Shown here one piece after another: positions 1 through 9,130 of a DNA stretch of 64,000 nucleotides. Under the pieces are notes generated by a model, which was given only the letters and a program-made list of their open reading frames with translations, did not search any database and was not told where the DNA came from. The stretch covers positions 701 to 64,700 of the forward strand of contig CAZBGZ010000001.1 of assembly GCA_964491925.1 (NCBI GenBank). Direction: 5' to 3'. A program made the position numbers and the translations under genes. How positions within the stretch are numbered: the stretch's first letter is position 1; each line of letters opens with the position of its first letter. The stretch is from an uncultured Candidatus Saccharibacteria bacterium. Its GTDB lineage: Bacteria > Patescibacteriota > Saccharimonadia > Saccharimonadales > JAGQNJ01.

Positions 1-470
1 TTTTTAACCCAAGTTTGGAAGTGATACGTTATGTTATTTTCGGTTATTGGTGGGCTCTCGGATTTTAAGGTAAATTTATCTTCAAAATTTGGGAAAAATT
101 TCGTGCAACCGAAGTCTTTGTCGATTCTTGTTAGATAAAGTTCATCGGCCAAATCGAGTGTGCTTGCAAATAAACCCGCGCCACCTCCAACCCAAATATC
201 ATCTTTAGTCTCCCCTAAAAACTTGCGTGCATCAGTTATCTTCTCAAAACCATCGCGTAGCTCTTCTGTTGTGTTTGTCGCTACTAGGTTTCGTCTGTTT
301 GGCAGTGGTTTTATTTGTTCTTTGTACCAGCCGGCCCCCATCATGACTGCCCCACCGATTGTTTTGTCACGAAACTGCGCTACATCTCCAGGTATTTTAC
401 CCTGCCAAGGGATACCGTTATTATCTGCTAAACCTTTTTTACTATCCAACGCTGCTATAAACCTAATCAT
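1..470 (-). CDS. folA: dihydrofolate reductase (3' end runs off the window start)
   Basis: Absent from the ORF track because it has no stop in the window. Hand reverse-translation from the ATG at 470-468 gives MIRFIAALDSKKGLADNNGIPWQGKIPGDVAQFRDKT...PLPNRRNLV...IWVGGGAGLF...LYLTRID, which matches the DHFR pattern. The start overlaps the folC stop by 8 nt. Confidence 0.75.
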   Translation of the reverse strand, partial: MIRFIAALDSKKGLADNNGIPWQGKIPGDVAQFRDKTIGGAVMMGAGWYKEQIKPLPNRRNLVATNTTEELRDGFEKITDARKFLGETKDDIWVGGGAGLFASTLDLADELYLTRIDKDFGCTKFFPNFEDKFTLKSESPPITENNITYHFQTWVK

Positions 471-1734
471 TATTATCCTCTTTCTTAAGTGACTTCCTGA
501 CTTCACTCAGTAAATATAGCGATCCAGTTATTACCAGTGTATCCTTATCTAGCTGAAAAGCTTTTTTGAATGCAGTTTCTAAATTTTTTACCGTTTTTAT
601 GTTCTCTATTCCCGCGTCTTTGAACGCATTTTCAATTATTTCTGGATCTAGGGACGTGTGCGGCATTTCTTGCAAAGGCTGTACGGACGTGCAGATGATT
701 TCTGCGGCAAATGGACTTATCGATTCTACGACTTGGTTTAGGTGCATCTCTTTGGATTGGACCATGCCCAGCAAAAAAACAGCTTTTTTTGTTCCTAGCG
801 TAACATCCAATGACTTCGACAACGCTTCGAACTTAGCCCCGTTATGGGCTCCATCCAAAATCACAGTCTTATTATTAATCCTCCTAACTTCCATGCGGCC
901 GGGTATTACAATGTGGGCACTTTTATCAATACTTTTTTCGTCAAGGTTCGCTAGTTGGTCACGACGTGCAACATAATCAAAGACACTTTTTGCCAAAGAC
1001 CAATTTCGCTGTTGATAAAGTGGCAAATATTCTGGGATATCGTCTGTATGGCCAACAATAGCCAGGTCTGCTTTCACGGACTTTGCATAATCAGAGATCG
1101 TTTTTTGAACAGATTTTCCCTGGTTCGCCATGAATACATGGTTACCGGCGTGAATAATACCGGCTTTTTGATATGCAATATCTGGGAGATTATTGCCAAG
1201 TATTCTGGTATGGTCTAGTGCAATATCTGTAATGACACAAACCTTGTCATGTCTATTTATAACATTGGTGCCATCGACTAATCCCCCCAAGCCCACTTCA
1301 ATAACCCCATAATCAACTTTTTCTTTTACAAAAACCCAATAAGCAAACGCGACTAATAATTCGAAGTATGTGGGCTTCAGCTTTAGAAGTCCGTCAATTC
1401 TCATGAACTCTTCAAAGTATTCACAATATTTTGCCTCAGGTAATGGAATATTTCCTATCTGTAAGCGTTCGTTAACCTCATCCATATGGGGTGAAATAGT
1501 TAATCCAACTTTTTCTCCAGATAATTGCAACATTTTTGCAATATAGTAACTAGTGGAAGTCTTGCCAGCAGTCCCGGCAATATGGACTGTTTTGTACTTA
1601 TCTTGTGGATTACCGAGCAAATTCATTACTTTGATCATTCGAGACAGTGTATAGGCTGTCTCTACACTATCCGGAATATATCGTGCCAAAATCTCATTAA
1701 CATCCTGAAAACACTCGATCTTCATAATCACCAA
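463..1734 (-). CDS. folC: folylpolyglutamate synthase / dihydrofolate synthase (Mur ligase family)
   Basis: Track ORF of 423 aa. P-loop HIAGTAGKTSTS, EVGLGGLVDGTN, and DHTRILGNNLPDIAYQKAGII match the FolC/Mur-ligase pattern. Confidence 0.8.
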   Translation of the reverse strand: MVIMKIECFQDVNEILARYIPDSVETAYTLSRMIKVMNLLGNPQDKYKTVHIAGTAGKTSTSYYIAKMLQLSGEKVGLTISPHMDEVNERLQIGNIPLPEAKYCEYFEEFMRIDGLLKLKPTYFELLVAFAYWVFVKEKVDYGVIEVGLGGLVDGTNVINRHDKVCVITDIALDHTRILGNNLPDIAYQKAGIIHAGNHVFMANQGKSVQKTISDYAKSVKADLAIVGHTDDIPEYLPLYQQRNWSLAKSVFDYVARRDQLANLDEKSIDKSAHIVIPGRMEVRRINNKTVILDGAHNGAKFEALSKSLDVTLGTKKAVFLLGMVQSKEMHLNQVVESISPFAAEIICTSVQPLQEMPHTSLDPEIIENAFKDAGIENIKTVKNLETAFKKAFQLDKDTLVITGSLYLLSEVRKSLKKEDNND

Positions 1735-1788
1735 TTGTAAGAGAACGCATTACGAAACGAAAGAGCTACCGCTAACTTATTTTATTCA

Positions 1789-2259
1789 CTAAATATCAAT
1801 TTCGATTATTTCACAAAGTTTCGGGATCAGATTTTTTGGGTCTACTGTCCCCAATTCGTATAGTATCCCTGCTATGACGAGGCCATGAGTTATCCAAACT
1901 CTCTGTTTCGGTAGGTTAGCCAGTATTGCCTTGGCAGCAACCTTGGCCTCTTCTGGCAATTTTCCTTGGCTTACTAATGCTAAAGTATGTTTTGGATCGA
2001 CCGTATTAACCTCATTCAATAGTGGATTGACTGTAACATTTTTGAATCCTGCCAGCTCAGCCGTCTGCTTTGTTCGTAGCAGCTCAGACACCACGACTGG
2101 TTCAGTATCTAGATCAACGCCAAGATCTAATAATTCTTTGTGCAGTGCATTAACCTGCTCAATACCTTCATCGTTTATAGGGGCGCCCTCTTTGCCGAAC
2201 AACGCCCGAGTTAGTCTATTTGCTTCTGTTTTGGCATGCCTAATCAGTAAATATTTCAC
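1789..2259 (-). CDS. histidine phosphatase superfamily protein (phosphoglycerate-mutase-like)
   Basis: N-terminal LLIRHAKTEAN (RHG-type motif), SELLRTKQTA, and a late ITHG. Its start overlaps the upstream HIT gene by 4 nt. Confidence 0.6.
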   Translation of the reverse strand: MKYLLIRHAKTEANRLTRALFGKEGAPINDEGIEQVNALHKELLDLGVDLDTEPVVVSELLRTKQTAELAGFKNVTVNPLLNEVNTVDPKHTLALVSQGKLPEEAKVAAKAILANLPKQRVWITHGLVIAGILYELGTVDPKNLIPKLCEIIEIDI

Positions 2260-2690
2260 TCTTCAAGAAACCAATTTTTAAGCTCGTTCAAGTAATTTTT
2301 GTCGGTGGTTGATAGCTCCGGAACAACCGTTGAATGTCGAGACTGCAGTGGGTTTCCTAAATCTGATTTTGTACGTAAAAATAAATGCATGTGGCAGTGC
2401 ATAACTTGCTGGCTTACAGCAGGACCGCCGTTATTAGATAACAGATTGTACCCAATAAAATCTGGTATATTTTTCTTTGCGCCAGCCACAAGACCTTGTA
2501 ATAAATCATGGCTTTCCAGTATTTCTTGTTTGGACAATAAATCCAAACTGGCTACATGTCGCTTTGGGATAATCAAAACGTGATACTTACATGCAGCTGA
2601 CTTTGGATATATAGCTCGAACTTTTTCTAAGCCTAAAATATATCTATATGATTGCTTTTCATCACAAAACGGGCAGGGTGTTGTTTTCAT
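2256..2690 (-). CDS. HIT family nucleotide hydrolase/transferase
   Basis: Histidine triad HCHMHLF near the C-terminus and an N-terminal CPFC. Has 4-nt overlaps with both neighbouring genes. Confidence 0.75.
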   Translation of the reverse strand: MKTTPCPFCDEKQSYRYILGLEKVRAIYPKSAACKYHVLIIPKRHVASLDLLSKQEILESHDLLQGLVAGAKKNIPDFIGYNLLSNNGGPAVSQQVMHCHMHLFLRTKSDLGNPLQSRHSTVVPELSTTDKNYLNELKNWFLEE

Positions 2691-4744
2691 ACTAACTTAT
2701 ATATTCCTTTCGTTGTTTGCATTTTAGCAAGAAAGTCCACCGTTTCCTCTGGTTTGTAGCCCATGGCTGTCATTATTCCCCCGAATACACTTCCGGCAAC
2801 GAGTTCATCGAGTTTTTCTGGTTTTTCTATTCCTAATCTAATTAATATTTTAATGGCCTCTTTTGGGTTCCCAACTCTGATAGTTTGGATAGTTTTTCTA
2901 TCACTATCACTAATCATATTTTTTGGTATGACCTGCCCATCTAGCTGTTCTCCAGTTTCAACAGCAGATAATATTTTCTGTGAAAAATATTTTGCAAGAA
3001 TAGGCAGCCTATCTAGCATAGTTCTTACTTCACTTACAGTTGGCTTGCCCTCTACGATAGAGTTGGTCGTAGGCATGAAAAGATCTTTAATTGCTTCACG
3101 CAATATATCCTTAAACTGCATTGGCTGAAACAGTAATTCTGTTGGATTTTCAAGCACAGCTACTTTCTCCAAAGCCACCATGAAGCTTTCGATTAATGCC
3201 TCGTTTGTTGAGAAGTTAAGGCTTACGCTTGTGCCCTCACTGGGGAGAAAATAGCCTTCATTCATCATTAGACGTATGGCTGGAAGCAGCATTTCTAAAG
3301 GTTTTTGCTGAAGGTTAACAATATCTATCAGTTGCTCAATACCAACAATGTTCCCCTTGGTCCCAGAGGCTACATCACCATCAATCATTATCCCAGTACC
3401 TACACCTTGTTCTATTTCAAGTCCAGCGTCACAAAAAACCGCTCTGTCAGACCTTGATAGTGGAGGGGGGCTGTCCACTAGGGTAATTTGATAACTGTCA
3501 CCTAGTGCCGCCAATATACCGGCTACCGTCAGCCCGCCTTTCTTTTGAAGCATAACCCCATTTCCCTCACTACTTTGCAGTAAGGTCATTCCTAGGCCGC
3601 TAAACAGTTCCTTTACTAAATCGTTTTGTCCAACTAACTCTTGAAACGATAAACCTAAATCGCTATCAGCAATTACCGCTGCATCAATTGTGTTAGGCAA
3701 AATATCCTTTAGCAATCTTCGGTAGTACGAGTTCGGCCCAGCAAGGCTAAATGCTAGCTTAGTGTCGGGTATGGTGGCTTCGCCTCTGTTTTGGTACCCA
3801 GCCTGAATATCTTCCACCCCAAGAACTCCAAGACTGGCCTGACTAGCAATTTCTTCAAGTGTCACGCCCAGCCTAGTGGCCAGTGCGGCGAGCGCCTGTT
3901 CAACCCTGGGGCCTTGATCATTTAGCAATATGATTAAACCGTCTCCTTCGTTATTATCGGCAACGGCTTTTGCCAAAAGTAAAGCATGTCCAACGTGCGG
4001 CTTTTTTGCGGTGGTAATTCCAACAAAAGCTTTTTTGGGCTTATTAGACATATTGGTGTTATTTGTCTTAGTAAGTATTTCTGTGTTCTTTTTCGTATTA
4101 AGTGGAGTAGTGGAAATACCCGATCTGACAACTAGCTCGGTTGGTACAACAGTTCCTAGAATTTTGGGAGCGCCGTCCAGACCACGAGTATTCCCATACA
4201 TTCGAATAAAAACTTCCGGAAAATCATTCCTAAGCTTTAAAAGTTGTTCAGTCGTAACTGCCCTAACTAAAGGCATGCTTGCACTATACTGATCCGTAAC
4301 TAGCGCCGTATCAATCATGTGCAACGCCTTTATCAAAGCCATCTCCACCGTTACCGGCTCATCATCGCATGTCAACAGAAAAGCTGTGCTGGAATCAACT
4401 TCTGATAGAGTCAGTAGTTCTTTTAAGCTTCTTTCGGCGACTGTTTGCACTTCCACGGAGTTTGCTGGGCTTCTGTCTGATAAACTATCCATTCGAAAAC
4501 TTGTCGAGGCATCATCAAGAGCAACTCGAATATTCAAGGCCCCGAATGTTTTCGCATACTTCATTGCTAGCTGTTCATCTTCGGCTATAGCCTGAAAAAT
4601 AGCATCATAGCCCTCGTCCAAAGAGACGGGGATCGTTGTGGCAGCATCTTGAGAAAGTACAAACCTTCCAACTAATTCGGGTGGTTGCGTACTGTACAGG
4701 CTTGCTGCTCTTTCAAAATCTTGGTGTAAAACTAAATCTGACAT
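2687..4744 (-). CDS. divergent class I aminoacyl-tRNA-synthetase-like protein (ArgRS-like core) with a long N-terminal extension
   Basis: 685 aa. KKPHVGHALLL (HIGH-type motif) is followed by LNDQGPRVEQ (ArgRS-like NDxGxQ) and later by SGTKGNIVGIEQLID (ArgRS-like MSTRKGN.V.L..L). The HIGH motif sits about 250 aa in, which is unusually late. Confidence 0.4.
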   Translation of the reverse strand: MSDLVLHQDFERAASLYSTQPPELVGRFVLSQDAATTIPVSLDEGYDAIFQAIAEDEQLAMKYAKTFGALNIRVALDDASTSFRMDSLSDRSPANSVEVQTVAERSLKELLTLSEVDSSTAFLLTCDDEPVTVEMALIKALHMIDTALVTDQYSASMPLVRAVTTEQLLKLRNDFPEVFIRMYGNTRGLDGAPKILGTVVPTELVVRSGISTTPLNTKKNTEILTKTNNTNMSNKPKKAFVGITTAKKPHVGHALLLAKAVADNNEGDGLIILLNDQGPRVEQALAALATRLGVTLEEIASQASLGVLGVEDIQAGYQNRGEATIPDTKLAFSLAGPNSYYRRLLKDILPNTIDAAVIADSDLGLSFQELVGQNDLVKELFSGLGMTLLQSSEGNGVMLQKKGGLTVAGILAALGDSYQITLVDSPPPLSRSDRAVFCDAGLEIEQGVGTGIMIDGDVASGTKGNIVGIEQLIDIVNLQQKPLEMLLPAIRLMMNEGYFLPSEGTSVSLNFSTNEALIESFMVALEKVAVLENPTELLFQPMQFKDILREAIKDLFMPTTNSIVEGKPTVSEVRTMLDRLPILAKYFSQKILSAVETGEQLDGQVIPKNMISDSDRKTIQTIRVGNPKEAIKILIRLGIEKPEKLDELVAGSVFGGIMTAMGYKPEETVDFLAKMQTTKGIYKLV

Positions 4745-4761
4745 GTAATATTCCTTTTTTG

Positions 4762-4796
4762 TAAAATAAAAAAACCTCCGCGCTAACGAAGGTTTT
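4762..4796 (-). terminator. Rho-independent terminator downstream of the P-loop kinase gene
   Basis: On the minus strand AACCUUCG/CGGAGGUU forms an 8-bp stem (one G.U pair) with a 6-nt loop, followed by a T-run (TTTTTATTTT). Confidence 0.55.
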
Positions 4797-4923
4797 AGTT
4801 GATTAATAATTTCTTATTTAATGGGTACTAAAAATACGCCAGCGAAAAACATGAGCATGACGGCGATGCCAACTGGTGACGTACGTTTGATTATTCGTTA
4901 ATGAGTAATTCATAACTTATATA

Positions 4924-5463
4924 CTATAACATATATTTTTTATGCAGCAAGTTTTTTATTGATGCAGTTGTTTCAGCAATTTCTTGGCTTGACGTATCTA
5001 AAATAGTTACCTCTGTATTTTTCCAGGCTTGCATTTGTGTGTGATTCTTTATTATCTTCTTGCGTTTTAACCTGCCGTAATCTCGTTCAGCATTACGCTT
5101 CAAATTCACTTTTTGATTCGGCATTAATACTACTAGTTTGTATGGCGTGTCACCCAAATACTCTTTCCAAGTTTTAAACGTTTCTGGCGTTGCAAAGAAA
5201 TCAACAATGCAGTTTATGTTGTTTTCGTAATATCTTTTTACCAAATCAGCACAAATTGGAACCGAAACTTTTATTTGTTGTCTGGTCTCCTCTGTATAAT
5301 TTTCTTCGTAGTCATCAGCAGACGCATAACCAGCTATAATGAGTTGTCTGATTTCATCCTGATTTATATAGGCCCAAGTCCCTTTAGCTTTTTTAAGAAA
5401 AGCTTTGGATATTGTTGTCTTACCCGCCCCGGATGGACCATTCACAAGCAGTATCTTTGACAT
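4924..5463 (-). CDS. P-loop NTPase / small-molecule kinase-like protein
   Basis: Walker A LVNGPSGAGKTT at the N-terminus. Size (179 aa) and layout resemble AAA_33 / chloramphenicol-phosphotransferase-like kinases. Confidence 0.5.
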   Translation of the reverse strand: MSKILLVNGPSGAGKTTISKAFLKKAKGTWAYINQDEIRQLIIAGYASADDYEENYTEETRQQIKVSVPICADLVKRYYENNINCIVDFFATPETFKTWKEYLGDTPYKLVVLMPNQKVNLKRNAERDYGRLKRKKIIKNHTQMQAWKNTEVTILDTSSQEIAETTASIKNLLHKKYML

Positions 5464-5543
5464 ATCTCAATCATATCAAACAGTTAAGTAATTCGAACGA
5501 ACTAAAAAGAACATCAAAAAAGGCCATACCTGGCCTTGTTGTT

Positions 5544-5620
5544 TGGTGCACCGAGAGGGATTCGAACCCCCGACCTTCGCGTCCGAAGCGCGACGCTCTA
5601 TCCAGCTGAGCTATCGGTGC
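5544..5620 (-). tRNA. tRNA-Arg (anticodon UCG), CCA encoded
   Basis: Hand-folded cloverleaf: acceptor GCACCGA/TCGGTGC, D arm GCTC-AGCTGGATA-GAGC, anticodon arm TCGCG-CTTCGGA-CGCGA, T arm GGGGG-TTCGAAT-CCCTC, then ACCA. Confidence 0.92.
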
Positions 5621-5629
5621 GTGGACTGA

Positions 5630-6016
5630 TTATATCTTATTTTTATCGATTCTTCTGTTATGAGTCCTAATCCTATGACAATTTGAGCACACTAACTCGC
5701 ATTTTGCTATCTCTTCCTTAACTTGCCTTATACTTCCAGAATTTATCATTTTGCTAACAGTGTTTATTTTAATTCCGTTATTTTCTATGTGGTCAAAATC
5801 AGTCACATAGTATGGGTACTGAATTTTACAATCAGTACAAGCAGTTGTATTTTTCAAATCATATACCCACCGCCGTAAAACATCTCGTTTTTTATAAGCC
5901 TTATCGATGTAGTACTGTTTGTTAGCATAGTAATGACGACGTATGGCTTCACGTTGTTTTTCTTTGTCTTTCCAGGGCATATGGGGATTATAACTTATAT
6001 CCAGCTTCGAAGCCAT
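5630..6016 (-). CDS. HNH endonuclease
   Basis: DFDHIENNG ... CSNCHRIRTHNRR (HNH core flanked by Cys). Lies 10 nt from tRNA-Arg. Confidence 0.75.
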   Translation of the reverse strand: MASKLDISYNPHMPWKDKEKQREAIRRHYYANKQYYIDKAYKKRDVLRRWVYDLKNTTACTDCKIQYPYYVTDFDHIENNGIKINTVSKMINSGSIRQVKEEIAKCELVCSNCHRIRTHNRRIDKNKI

Positions 6017-6056
6017 AATCTTTATTGTTGGTGTAATGTGAGATATTTAATCGAGG

Positions 6057-6641
6057 TTAAACTTCGTTTTGCTTGTCTGTAGTTTCTTTTGGTGCTTCGA
6101 GTAGGTTTTGTGGTTTTGGCCGGCCAGCATTTTTTAGAATATCACCTAGAAGCGAATGCATTTTCTTAGCATGCTCTACACTCATGCCAACCCGCGCAAC
6201 AGAGCTAGACTGCGGATTACCTGTATTTTGCATAAAATTCATTACTACACCGTTATCGTTTGCGGATATATTTACGAGATCCGAGTATAGAATACGATTA
6301 TCGAACGGAATTATCATCAGCATTTGCTTGATCAGTTGCTCGTCAACAGACGGCGCCGCCTGGTCGTTGTTTTGCTTACTGTAACCGGCTTGCTCGAATA
6401 TTACTCTAGCTTCTTTTTCGTGGATATCTAGGTGGCTGATTAGCAGTAGCAGTATGTCTTCACTAGGTAAAACAGCACCATTTTCAATTTTGCGCAGTTG
6501 TTCGGCATCGATTTCTACGGCACCAGAAACCTCGGCGACGCTCTCGTGCACCTGTTGGCGCCATTTTTTTAGGCGCTCGCCAATGTTTTTATACGGATAT
6601 TCACCTCTTTGCATCTGTTTATATGGTAATGTCCAGGCCAC
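6057..6641 (-). CDS. XRE-type HTH protein with a DUF3467-like C-terminal domain
   Basis: N-terminal GERLKKWRQQVHESVAEVSGAVEIDAEQLRKIENG (HTH_3-like). The C-terminal NISANDNGVVMNFMQ...ARVGMSVEHAKKM resembles DUF3467. Confidence 0.5.
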   Translation of the reverse strand: MAWTLPYKQMQRGEYPYKNIGERLKKWRQQVHESVAEVSGAVEIDAEQLRKIENGAVLPSEDILLLLISHLDIHEKEARVIFEQAGYSKQNNDQAAPSVDEQLIKQMLMIIPFDNRILYSDLVNISANDNGVVMNFMQNTGNPQSSSVARVGMSVEHAKKMHSLLGDILKNAGRPKPQNLLEAPKETTDKQNEV

Positions 6642-6700
6642 TTGAATGCAAGTATAAGAACGATGAATAATGTCGTAAAAAACACGTATAATGTATCTAT

Positions 6701-7726
6701 ATGAAATTCAAAGAAAATGTTTCCCTAGCAGATTATTCTACGATGCGGCTTGGTGGCACGGCTAGGTATTTATCAAAAGCTAAAAGCAAAGAAGAAATCG
6801 CCGAGCAGTATTTGTGGGCTCACGAGCACTATTTACCAGTGATTGTTATTGGTGGCGGCAGCAACATAATCTGGAGAGATGAAGGTTTTGATGGGTTGGT
6901 TATAGTCAACAAAATACCCGGATTCATCGTAGAAAAACTGGACGACAAAACTGCAATATTCACAATCGGCGCTGGCGAAGATTGGGACAAGACAGTAGAA
7001 AAAACAGTCAACAAAGGATACAGTGGTATCGAGCAATTATCCTACATACCTGGAACGGTCGGTGGCACACCCGTACAGAATGTCGGGGCATATGGGCGAG
7101 AGATAAAAGACGTCCTGGTTTCCGTTCAGGCGTTCGATACGACTACTCACAAACATGTAACGATTGGTAATAAGGATTGCGATTTTAGTTACCGCGACAG
7201 TAGGTTCAAGACCACTGAAAAAAATAGGTTTCTGATAACTTCTATTTCTCTAAAATTATCCAAAACCAACCCCCTGCCACCATTTTATGAATCCGTTCAA
7301 AAATATCTGGACCAGCGCAAAATAACCGATTATTCACCATCTACCATCAGAGAAGCAGTTATTTCGGTACGTACGCAAAAACTGCCTGATCCTGATGTGG
7401 TAGCTAACAACGGGTCGTTCTTTGGCAACCCAATCATTACACACAAGCAATTCTCTGGGTTACAGAAACAATTTCCTGATATTGTCTCTTGGCCTGCCAG
7501 TGGCGACCAAGTAAAAATATCAGCAGCTTGGCTAATAGACCATGCGGGATTCAAGGACTACCACGACAGTGCGACCGGTATGGCAACCTGGAATAAACAA
7601 CCCCTGGTACTGATAAATGAGCACGCTAAATCAACCCAGGATTTACTAGATTTTAGGGACAAAATCGTAAACGCAGTAGAAGAAAAATTCGGAATTAGAC
7701 TAATTCAAGAACCAGAACTGTTGTAG
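6701..7726 (+). CDS. murB: UDP-N-acetylenolpyruvoylglucosamine reductase
   Basis: 341 aa. N-terminal LADYSTMRLGGTARYL, VIVIGGGSNII and GTVGGTPVQNVGAYG are typical of MurB. Confidence 0.9.
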   Translation: MKFKENVSLADYSTMRLGGTARYLSKAKSKEEIAEQYLWAHEHYLPVIVIGGGSNIIWRDEGFDGLVIVNKIPGFIVEKLDDKTAIFTIGAGEDWDKTVEKTVNKGYSGIEQLSYIPGTVGGTPVQNVGAYGREIKDVLVSVQAFDTTTHKHVTIGNKDCDFSYRDSRFKTTEKNRFLITSISLKLSKTNPLPPFYESVQKYLDQRKITDYSPSTIREAVISVRTQKLPDPDVVANNGSFFGNPIITHKQFSGLQKQFPDIVSWPASGDQVKISAAWLIDHAGFKDYHDSATGMATWNKQPLVLINEHAKSTQDLLDFRDKIVNAVEEKFGIRLIQEPELL

Positions 7727-7729
7727 AAA

Positions 7730-8989
7730 CTAGCTTGGAAGCGGGAAGGCTTTTGAAAAGTCTTTAATTTCGTTGTGGATTTTAGCCAAAAGCTTTTCGT
7801 CTGTGTGATTCGTTACTGCTTGATTTATCCAATCTGCAACCTGGGCCATTTCGGCCTCTTTCATGCCGCGAGTTGTCAGCGCTGGAGTACCTAGGCGAAT
7901 TCCACTGGGACTAAATGGTGGTCGTGGATCAAATGGCACAGTATTTTTATTGACTGTTATCCCAGCAAGCCCCAACGCTTTTTCGGCTTCTGCACCTAGG
8001 ACGTTTTTATTGGTTAAATCGATTAACATCAGATGGTTGTCTGTACCACCAGTTACTAGATCAAAGCCGTAATTTGTAAGCTCGGAGGCCAGTTTTTTGG
8101 CATTTTTGACAATCTGATGACCATAAGTCTTGAACTCTGGAGTTGCAGCTTCACGAAGAGCCACTGCTATGGCGGCAGTCTGGTGATTGTGCGGGCCACC
8201 CTGAAGCCCAGGAATAATAGCCCTATCGATTAGGGTTGGCAGATTTTCTTTTGCTCGAGGAACACTTTTCAATGGATTAGACGGATTTCCGTTGCATAAC
8301 AACAAAGCACCGCGTGGACCACGTAATGTCTTGTGAGTTGTCGTCATAGTAATATCGGCATAATCAACTGGCGAAGGATGTGCGCCAGCAACGACTAGCC
8401 CTGCGATATGAGAAATATCAGCTAGTAGCCATGCACCACACGAATCAGCAATAGCTCGCAGTTTCTTCCAATCAAAAATCCTTGGGTATACAGTGGCTCC
8501 AACTACTATCATTTTTGGTTTTTCTTTGTCGGCCATTGCTTGCATAGCCTCGTAATCCAGATACCCGTCCTTGCCTGTTTGGTACTGAACAGAATTAAAC
8601 CATTTGCCAGAAAAGTTCACCTTTAACCCATGCGTCATGTGCCCACCAAAATACAGCGCCATACCCATAACGGTGTCACCGGGATCTAGCAGTGCGAAAT
8701 AGGCAGCCAGATTAGCCGGCGAGCCAGAATAAGGCTGCACATTAGCATGTGATACTCCAAATAGCTTTTTAGCACGGTCCCTAGCAATATTTTCGACTGC
8801 GTCTACATTTTCACAGCCGCCATAGTAACGTTTGCCCGGATAGCCTTCAGAGTATTTATCGGTTAGCCTGGACCCTAACGCCTCTAGCACATCGCCCGAC
8901 GTATGGTTTTCGCTAGGGATCATTTCTAGGCCGTCAGCCTGCCTTTTTACCTCTTTTTGAATCAATTTCTTTATTTCTAAGTCTTTCAT
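7730..8989 (-). CDS. glyA: serine hydroxymethyltransferase
   Basis: IPSENHTS, GYPGKRYYGGCE and TTTHKTLRGPRG (PLP lysine). I prefer the ATG at 8989, which is preceded by GAGGGAG, over the track's TTG at 9004. Confidence 0.95.
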   Translation of the reverse strand: MKDLEIKKLIQKEVKRQADGLEMIPSENHTSGDVLEALGSRLTDKYSEGYPGKRYYGGCENVDAVENIARDRAKKLFGVSHANVQPYSGSPANLAAYFALLDPGDTVMGMALYFGGHMTHGLKVNFSGKWFNSVQYQTGKDGYLDYEAMQAMADKEKPKMIVVGATVYPRIFDWKKLRAIADSCGAWLLADISHIAGLVVAGAHPSPVDYADITMTTTHKTLRGPRGALLLCNGNPSNPLKSVPRAKENLPTLIDRAIIPGLQGGPHNHQTAAIAVALREAATPEFKTYGHQIVKNAKKLASELTNYGFDLVTGGTDNHLMLIDLTNKNVLGAEAEKALGLAGITVNKNTVPFDPRPPFSPSGIRLGTPALTTRGMKEAEMAQVADWINQAVTNHTDEKLLAKIHNEIKDFSKAFPLPS

Positions 8990-9112
8990 GACTGTCTCCC
9001 TCAACTTGAATTATATTTCTTCCACATATATTTGGTCAAAATTAATTCAGATCATAAGACTATTGTACTGCATTATTAACATAAAAAGTGTTGTTCTTTT
9101 TTATACTGCTGG

Positions 9113-9121
9113 TGGTATAAT
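9113..9121 (+). promoter_or_regulatory. extended -10 promoter element (TGgTATAAT) directly upstream of HTH-murA
   Basis: TGGTATAAT at 9113-9121. The ATG at 9131 is only about 10 nt downstream, which implies a leaderless or near-leaderless mRNA. Confidence 0.45.
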
Positions 9122-9130
9122 CCTTTGCAT

